From positions 2,294,001-2,358,000 of the forward strand of contig OX337239.1 of assembly GCA_946965045.2 (NCBI GenBank): a stretch of DNA of 64,000 nt, read 5' to 3'. The DNA comes from Epithemia pelagica. Its lineage: Eukaryota > Protista > Bacillariophyta. A program made the position numbers and the translations under genes. Each line of letters starts with the position of its first letter. Positions within the stretch are counted from its first letter, which is position 1. Shown here one piece after another: positions 56,068 to 64,000 of this stretch. The notes below the pieces were generated by a model. That model worked only from the letters and a program-made list of their open reading frames with translations. It ran no database searches and was not told the DNA's origin.

Positions 56068-58042
56068 CTCCCTGCTGAAAGAAAATAGTGCACGATTTTT
56101 TTTTGGTTATTTTAGTCGCGTTAAAAACTCTCGTAGGCTCTGGTACAAACCTACAGGAGGACGGCCGGCTCATTCGGAGTCGAACTCCACCCTGATTTCG
56201 TAGATGAACATAAACCAGTAACACGTGCCCCCCGGGTTGATCCATGGCTTCAGTTCCTACAACCCAGCGTGTCCTAACGCGAGAAAAACTCACTCGCCTC
56301 CTTCCAATCACACGAGAAAACACAACAAGAGCAACACAACCATAACAACAAATAATCCATTAAGGGTCCTATGATGACAATCATTGGCCGTAGCCCCTGG
56401 CCGCCTCCTGAATCAAGTGGAGGTCGGCCAGGTATTCATTTAGTAGGATTAGGCATTAGTGTTCCTATTCCATTACATGCAAATTGTTGTTTGGGTCGAA
56501 TGCCTTTGTGACATCCAAGACAGTAGGGAGCTGACCTTTGCGCTCCAGACCCTCCTTGTTCAGGTGGGGGATCTGGTAGTCATTCCCACCATCTTCTTCA
56601 ATAATCCTGTTGAAACAGGATTGCAGTGTCAACCAGGTCCTGTTCAGTTTTTCTCTAGGATATTCAGCAAAAGCCTTTGTCACAGAGTCGATCAAAGCCT
56701 TTTCGCACGATCCAACAATCAAACTTGCACTCTGAATGGCCCTGAAGAACCCCAAGTCACAGATATTGGTATCTGGACTATTGGGAGACTGAGTGTACAG
56801 ACTGGCATCCAACTGACCATCATTCTTCAGATCTTTTAGGAACTCAAGAAACTCAGGGTCGTCGTCAGAGATGTGAGATTTTGCACCATCCTGTTGGATC
56901 CTTACCACCCTTTCCTTCCTGTCCTCGACTGGCCATTTCTCTATAATGCCTGGCAACACCTTTTCAACCAGTAGAGCTCTGTAGACATCTCTTGTAATGC
57001 TTGTGTTTTTCCACACAAGAGTTCCCTTGGGACGATTTGCAGAATCTCTTTTGGCAGGAACCCACTCACCAATGGGCCAGATACCAATCTTGCCATCCCA
57101 CCACTTGTTTAGATAGGGGATGAAGCGAGGCCTTGCGATGGCACAGAGGAACATCACCTTGGTGACATGACTCTTGTGCTTGACAGTGCGATGTGGGTTT
57201 TTTTCATCGTCTGTCAACACAAATCTTTGCCCATCCTGGGAAAGATAAAACCACTTCTCATCCACATGAACCAGATCATACATATCCTCATACTCATACT
57301 CACCTTCCTTGCCTTCTTTCTCTTTGATAAAGGAGGTTGCCATGAGAAGGCGAGACAACTTGTTTTGTTCAGTCAACGTAGGCTTCAACATGTTTCTGTG
57401 GCTTCGAAGGATGCCTTTTTTCACCCACGAGTTCACCGTGGTGTGAGAAACCTTCAACGCGAGGGAGAGATTTTGCCTTGTGGTCCGTGCCATCAACGGA
57501 AGGGCTTTTACTCTCGATCTAATCGTGGAAGGTGAAAACTTAGGCCTTCGACCACGCGCGCTCAACTTCCTCGAAAATTCAGGCGAGTGAATTATGCCTG
57601 TGGCACGTGTGACGCGCGCGCCTTTCCAAACCCTACTTATGGTCGACCTGCCAAGATCCATCTCTCGAGCAACAAAAGCAATGGAACCATGGCCAAAGGT
57701 GCCTTGATTGACCATGGAATTGAGCATCGAAACAATACGAATCTTGTCTGTTTCACGCAGAGCCTTGTACTTTGATGCCCTGGGGGGCCGCCCTGAAGAG
57801 GACGTGTTCATAGGCGCCATAGAAGTCTCAACCGGTGGGCACTGAAAAGCAAAGCTCGAAATGGCGCCTTTTGAACGGTCATATCTCATCCCCTTGCAAG
57901 AATCGAACATATAAGTTATACACCAATATAGAGCTAATGAGTAGAGCTTTCTAGGGGAAAAAATTTTAGGAAAAAAGGACGTTCGCTCGTTGAGATATCG
58001 TTTTTTTTCTAAAATCGTGCACTATTTTCTTTCAGGAGGGAG
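56068..58042 (-). mobile_element. Autonomous Tc1/mariner element, plant-mariner (Stowaway-related) type, 1975 bp
   Basis: 32-bp TIRs CTCCCT(G/C)CTGAAAGAAAATAGTGCACGATTTT with one mismatch (56068-56099, 58011-58042). TA TSDs at 56066-56067 and 58043-58044. Confidence 0.95.
56465..57910 (-). CDS. Mariner-like transposase (DD43D)
   Basis: HTH (IAFVAREMDLGRSTISRVWK), HVDEKWFY, KVMFLCAIARP, IQQDGA, PNSPDTNICDLGFF. Intact 481-aa ORF. Confidence 0.92.
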   Translation of the reverse strand: MFDSCKGMRYDRSKGAISSFAFQCPPVETSMAPMNTSSSGRPPRASKYKALRETDKIRIVSMLNSMVNQGTFGHGSIAFVAREMDLGRSTISRVWKGARVTRATGIIHSPEFSRKLSARGRRPKFSPSTIRSRVKALPLMARTTRQNLSLALKVSHTTVNSWVKKGILRSHRNMLKPTLTEQNKLSRLLMATSFIKEKEGKEGEYEYEDMYDLVHVDEKWFYLSQDGQRFVLTDDEKNPHRTVKHKSHVTKVMFLCAIARPRFIPYLNKWWDGKIGIWPIGEWVPAKRDSANRPKGTLVWKNTSITRDVYRALLVEKVLPGIIEKWPVEDRKERVVRIQQDGAKSHISDDDPEFLEFLKDLKNDGQLDASLYTQSPNSPDTNICDLGFFRAIQSASLIVGSCEKALIDSVTKAFAEYPREKLNRTWLTLQSCFNRIIEEDGGNDYQIPHLNKEGLERKGQLPTVLDVTKAFDPNNNLHVME

Positions 58043-58176
58043 TAGTAGGAATAGATCCATTTTTTGTGCGAAGATCTTTCAAAGAGAAGAACCAAAATAG
58101 AATAACTTGTTGGTGAGGAACAGAATCTACGAGAGGTCTATCCTACAAGCAAGTAAGACGTTCGAGGAGGAAAACA

Positions 58177-59019
58177 ATGGGTGGAGGCCGTAGTCGAATC
58201 GGATTGGGAGAGGAAAAGGGGGAGAAGATTTTGCGTCGTCGTCATCGTCGACAACGACAATGGATCTGCAACACCGTATTGGCCTTGCTGTGTGTGGGAG
58301 GCATGGCCATTCTCCTCGTGCCCCTACCGCGCTTTGTCGTATGGAATACCTGGATGCAGAACGACAGTCGTGGATCCATTTTGCGAGGGAAGCAACAACA
58401 CCATGGCAAGGACCACAATCAGAATCGAAACCAACCATCCGATCGGTCTCTGCTGATTTCGTCCTTACCGGAAACCTCCATTTATCGGCTGCAGTTGCCC
58501 GATATTAATGGCAAGACGTTGGATTTTAGTCAGTTTATTGGCCAAGTGACCATGGTTGTCAATACGGCCTGTCAATGAGGCAAGACGGCCTTGGAGTTTG
58601 AGGAATTGGCGCATTTGTACCAAGACTTGCACTCTCAAGGCTTTCACATTGTGGCTGTACCGACGAATCAATTTCATCAAGAATTGGGCAGCAATGAAGC
58701 CGTCGCCCAGTTTTGGTCCAAGCAGTATCCACAAGCGACTTTTCCCATTTTGGCTCGCACCGAACACTTGACCCATCATCCACTCTACGATTTGTTGCAG
58801 CAACACTTGCCCCACGAACATGTTCAACACAACTTTTTCAAGTACTTGGTCAATGGACAAGGCATGGCTGTCCAACTCTTTACCAAACGACAAGATCCAC
58901 TGACACTCAAGGGACCGATTCTGCACTTGTTGCATGAAGCACCAGACAATAATAACTACAATGAGGAAGGAGAGGAGGACGATGAGCAAGAAGAGGCAGA
59001 CGATGATGGGGAAACGTAG
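58177..59019 (+). CDS. GPX: Selenocysteine-containing glutathione peroxidase with N-terminal membrane anchor (280 aa)
   Basis: The two ORFs share one frame, joined through TGA 58576-58578 at the GPx catalytic position: LPDINGKTLDFSQFIGQVTMVVNTACQ-U-GKT, then PTNQFHQE, FPIL, HNFFKYLV. Confidence 0.85.
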
Positions 59020-59106
59020 TTATAGAAAGTGACTACCAGCACGACACACATCAACAGTTGGGTCGCCAGGTGAGGTTGGCGTTGGTTGTGGTGGAGTCCT
59101 CGTCGT

Positions 59107-59165
59107 CCGTGCATGACAGAAGCTCTCTGACTTCAACTCATCCATGGAGAGCAACTTGACAACGG
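59107..59165 (+). promoter_or_regulatory. Candidate SECIS element in the GPx 3' UTR
   Basis: A-UGAC (59113-59117) and UGAC (59157-59160) form a tandem G.A quartet. An 11-bp helix II has 9 pairs (AGAAGCTCTCT/GGAGAGCAACT), and helix I is CCGT/ACGG. Apical AA position is atypical. Confidence 0.55.
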
Positions 59166-59731
59166 CAATCGAACGTCGATTCGACAAACAACCATCCCAA
59201 ACCGTCTGGCATACAACCAACAACAATAACCACATTATTCGAGATAAACCACCAATGAGTGTTGTACAAAGACAGATGGTGAGCAACGAACAATGGATTG
59301 TTCTAGGAGGAGTAGGATGTCCAACCATAGTTTGAGGGATTAGCTCTAGTAAGAAAACTATCGGTATAGCAATCGGTGCAATTAGAAGCGAACCAAAGGC
59401 GGCACAAACGCGTTCCATCATTGTTCTTCAACCACACGCACACGTACCTCATCATGCAGTTCAGACGCGCCCGAATTTGGGAGCGACATCCATCCATCAA
59501 CTCTTATTTCTATCTTGTATCTCTTGGTTCTTGGTGTCCACCAGAAGGAAAGCAGCAGACGCAAGCAATCGTTCCATCCATTACAACTACACAAAAGCAA
59601 AGGACGGTGATTGCGTGTCATAATCTTTGCCTTTTGGATCGTTCCTGCTGCCATTACTTTGACAGTACCTGGTGCCGTCCTTGAGTGTTCCTCCAAACGA
59701 CGCGCGACCACACAAAAATTGATTGGTGATC

Positions 59732-62700
59732 ATGGGCCCACAAAGTGGCGACGATGCCGAGAAACCCACCGCGGTAGCGAAATTGCATCTCGAAGATGGA
59801 ACAACACTGGAGGGGTTATCCTTTGGGAGCCACAAGGCGGCTGAGGGTGAGGTAAGAATATGAACTACCAAGAAACATCATGCCATTGTGTTTGGTGGAC
59901 CTGACACACGGAATGGCTCGTCCTGGACAGGTAGTTTTTGCGACGGGCATGGTAGGGTATCCGGAAAGTTTGACCGACCCGTCCTATCAAGGACAAATTC
60001 TCACTTTGACAACCCCCATGGTGGGCAATTACGGAGTCCCCGATCGGAAGAAGATGGACGAGTTTGGCTTGCCGGCAAACTTTGAATCCACAAAGATCCA
60101 TGTGGCCGGTTTGCTGGTACAAGATTACTCCTATCATTACTCGCACTGGAATGCCACGAGTAGTCTTGGCGATTGGCTCAAGGAAGAGGGAGTTCCTGGA
60201 ATTACCGGACTGGACACGCGTCTCTTGACCAAGAAAATCCGAGAAAAGGGTGCCCTCTTGGGACGGATTGAGATTGACCTGGATGCCCCCACACCAGATT
60301 TTACCAAAATGGTGAGCCCCAACGCCCGTCATCTGGTGGATGAAGTAAGTACCAAAGAAGTCAAAGTCTATGGCAAGGGAAACACAACCAAGGTGATTGC
60401 GGTGGACTGTGGTATGAAATTCAACATTATTCGACAACTGGTGCGCAGGTGAGAAACTGTGTGAGCTGTGCTCCAGGGCGATATGGTGGGGACATTTTGA
60501 TATCGACTTCTGATCGCGTTTTTTGTCTCTTGTGTTATCATCAACAGGGGAGTGGAGCTCACCGTCGTCCCCTGGGATTATCCCTTTGCGGCGGAACTCA
60601 AAAACTTTGATGGACTGTTCTTAAGCAACGGGCCTGGAGATCCGACCATGTGTGCTTCGACCATCAAAGAGCTTGAAAAGGTTGTCTCGTGCCCCGATGA
60701 AGAGGTAAAACCGCTGTTTGGCATTTGTCTGGGCAACCAGTTGATGGGTTTGGCGGCCGGTGGCACAGCCAAGAAGCTGCCGTTTGGAAACCGTGGGCAA
60801 AACCAGCCTGTCCTCAATCACCAAACAGGAGAATGTTACATTACGCCACAAAATCATGGGTACCATATCGATTGTTCCACCCTTCGTCCTGGATGGAAGG
60901 TACTGTTTACCAATGCCAATGATGGTTCCAATGAAGGAATTGCGCATGAAACCAGGCCCTACTTTACGGCACAGTTTCATCCCGAAGCGGCAAGTGGACC
61001 GACCGATACCGATTTCATGTTTGACACCTTTCTGGAAGCATGTGGAAAACCCTTGAGCAAGATTACATTCCCGGTCCGCAAACCGCCTCCACCTCGACCC
61101 ACTGTGAAAAAGGTGTTGTTGCTTGGTTCTGGCGGTACCTCCATCGGTCAAGCTGGCGAATTCGACTACTCGGGAGGTCAAGCAATCAAGGTTCGTACTT
61201 CAAGTATATCTTGTGTTGGATCTTGAGCCCGGTCGGAGCACCCTCAACCCTCATGTTTGTGTGTTTTGTCTTTATCCTTCGTTGTCGAATGTCTCAGGCG
61301 TTAAAAGAAGAAGGGATTGAAGTGGTGCTAATGAACCCTAATATTGCGTCAGTGCAAACCAACACCGACAGTAAATCCGATCAGAAAGCCGACCACGTTT
61401 TCTTCTTGCCGGTCACCCCTCCCTTTGTGGAAGAGGTCATCAAGAAAGAGAAGCCGGACGGCATTATCATTTCCATGGGTGGTCAGACTGCTTTGAATTG
61501 TGCCGTCACCATGTGGCATGAAGGAACTTTACAAAAATACAATGTGACTGTTTTGGGGACACAAGTCCAATCAGTGATCAATACGGAGGACAGGCAGCTT
61601 TTCTCTGACAGATTGAATGAAATTGGAGAAAAAATCGCCGAGTCATACACTGCCTACACAGTCGAGGAAGCTATTGAACACTCCAAGAAAGTAGGCTTCC
61701 CGCTTATGATCCGCTCAGCCTTTGCACTTGGAGGGCTTGGAAGCGGTATCTGCAAGGACGAGACCCACTTGCGTGAAATGGCGGCAAAAGCTCTTTCCGT
61801 GTCTCCACAGATTCTTGTTGAGAAGAGCATGAAGGGATGGAAAGAAGTTGAGTATGAAGTCGTGCGGGATTCTCACGACAATTGTGTGACTGTTTGTAAT
61901 ATGGAAAACTTTGATCCCCTGGGAATTCATACCGGAGAGAGCATTGTGATGGCTCCTTCCCAGACCCTGAGCAATGAAGAATACCACATGCTTCGTGAAA
62001 CAGCTATCAAAGTCGTTCGGCACCTTGGTATTGTTGGCGAGTGTAACATTCAGTATGCACTTCACCCAGAATCGCTCGAATACGCCATTATTGAAGTCAA
62101 CGCTCGTCTCTCGCGCTCGTCGGCTTTGGCATCGAAGGCAACAGGATATCCGCTTGCCTTTGTAGCTGCGAAATTGAGTCTAGGTATCCCTATGACAGAA
62201 GTTATCAATTCTGTCACCAAGAAGACACAGGCTGCTTTTGAGCCGTCGCTTGACTACATTGCCACCAAAATGCCTCGCTGGGACTTGGGCAAGTTTCAGA
62301 ACGTTAGCACCCAGATTGGTTCCGCCATGAAAAGTGTTGGTGAGGTCATGGGTATTGGTCGTACCGTAGAGGAATCTCTTCAGAAGGCGATACGGATGGT
62401 TGACCCGGCATATCCAGGCTTCCAACCAAAGTTCATCTATGCAACCAAGGAGGAGCTGCACGAAGAGCTTGCCGTGCCCACTCACAAACGCATATTCGCC
62501 ATTGCGCAAGCGCTTTTTGAGAAATCAATGACTGTTCCGGAAATATATGAATTGACAAAAATTGACCATTGGTTCCTTCGTCGTTTGGAGAATATGGTGA
62601 ACACATATGATTTGATGAAGGATGTTTCGCTAGCAGAGCTGTCGGACAGCCTAATGTCAGAGGGAAAGAAGATGGGTTATTCCGACAAGCAGATTGCATC

Positions 62701-64000
62701 TTGTGTGAAAGGAGGAGCCACAGAAGATGAGGTCCGAGCAAAGCGTGTCGACGCGGGGATTGTTCCTTTCTCGAAACAGATTGATACGCTCGCGGCCGAG
62801 TATCCGGCTGCGACGAACTACTTGTATTTAACCTATCACGGCATGGAACACGACGTCGATCCGTCTCATGGAGGGGTGATTGTTCTTGGCTCTGGACCCT
62901 ATCGTATTGGCTCATCGATTGAATTTGATTGGTGTGCTGTGAGTTGCATAAGGACTCTGAGGCACATGGGCTTGTCCACAACAATGATCAATTCAAACCC
63001 GGAAACTGTGTCGACTGACTACGACGAGTGCGATCGTCTCTATTTTGAGGAACTGAGCCGAGAGAGAATTCTTGATATCTACCGCGGGCATAAAATATCA
63101 CAAGGAGTTGTTGTGAGTGTTGGTGGACAGATCCCCAATGGACTTGCAATCCCGTTGCATCAAGCAGGTGTAAAGCTCTTGGGTACTTCGGCGGAAAACA
63201 TAGACCAAGCAGAGGACAGGAAAAAGTTCTCTGATACGATTGACAGCATCCAGGTTCAACAACCTGCATGGAGTGAACTCAAAAGCACAGAAAGTGCTCT
63301 TGAGTTTGCGGCAAAGGTGGGATACCCCGTTCTTGTCCGTCCATCATATGTGCTCAGTGGAGCGGCCATGAACGTTGCCTATAACGATGAACAACTCAAA
63401 GCATGCCTAGAAGAAGCTGCGACGGTATCTGACGAGCATCCCGTGGTTGTTTCGGACTTTATTCAAGGTGCTTTCGAAATCGAAATGGATGGAGTCGGTA
63501 AAAACGGAGAGCTCATCGCTGCGGCCATCCATGAGCATATCGAAAACGCTGGTGTTCACTCGGGTGATGCAACACTGGTCCTACCACCTCATTCGTTGTC
63601 CGCCTACACAAAAGAACGTGTCCGGGAGAGCGCCAGAAAAATCGTGAAGAGTCTCAATATCACTGGTCCTGTGAATATCCAGTTTATTGCCAAGGGAACG
63701 GATGTCATGTGCATTGAGACCAACGTCCGTGCTTCACGTTCATTCCCCTTTGTATCAAAGACCATGGGAGTCGATTTTATTGAAGCTGCAACAAAAGCAA
63801 TGGTGGATGTCGCAACGGATGATATGAACCTTCCCACCCTGGAAACTCGCGACCGACCGAAGGGCTACGTCGGAGTGAAAGCACCCATGTTTTCCTTCAC
63901 CCGCCTCCGGGGTTCCGACCCCGTGCTCGGTGTGGAAATGGCCTCGACCGGAGAGGTTGCTTGTTTCGGCTCGTCAAAAGAGGAAGCCTTTTTGAAATCC
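59732..64000 (+). CDS. CPS: Carbamoyl-phosphate synthetase (fused glutaminase plus synthetase), runs off the window; exons 59732-59851, 59931-60448, 60548-61190, 61298-end
   Basis: GE|[34 protein letters not shown] (catalytic Cys), [55 protein letters not shown]. Three GT-AG introns restore the frame. Confidence 0.95.

Overview
Eukaryotic nuclear DNA, most likely from a pennate diatom: short GT-AG introns, bipartite ASAFAP-type plastid presequences and CoDi-like Ty1/copia elements. Host genes are a GMC oxidoreductase (5'-truncated), plastid HDS/IspG, a large low-complexity coiled-coil protein, ARV1, a plastid DnaJ protein, an ATXR3/SDG2-like SET protein, a MATE transporter, a CNNM/DUF21-CBS protein, PAM68, a GT11-like glycosyltransferase, a UGA(Sec) glutathione peroxidase with a candidate SECIS, and carbamoyl-phosphate synthetase (3'-truncated). 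There are two transposon nests. (1) 7271-14586: a ~480-bp Harbinger/Tourist-like MITE (TAA TSD) interrupted by an intact 6826-bp hAT element (14-bp perfect TIRs, 8-bp TSD). Besides its transposase, the hAT element carries a 639-aa protein with an Endonuclease III/NTH-like HhH-GPD DNA glycosylase domain; this is the most striking system in the window. (2) 43118-58042: a young copia element (identical 240-bp LTRs, gag and pol separated by one in-frame TGA) inserted into the 3' LTR of an older decayed copia, followed by an intact plant-type mariner with DD43D spacing. All family assignments come from motif recognition by eye; no database searches were run.
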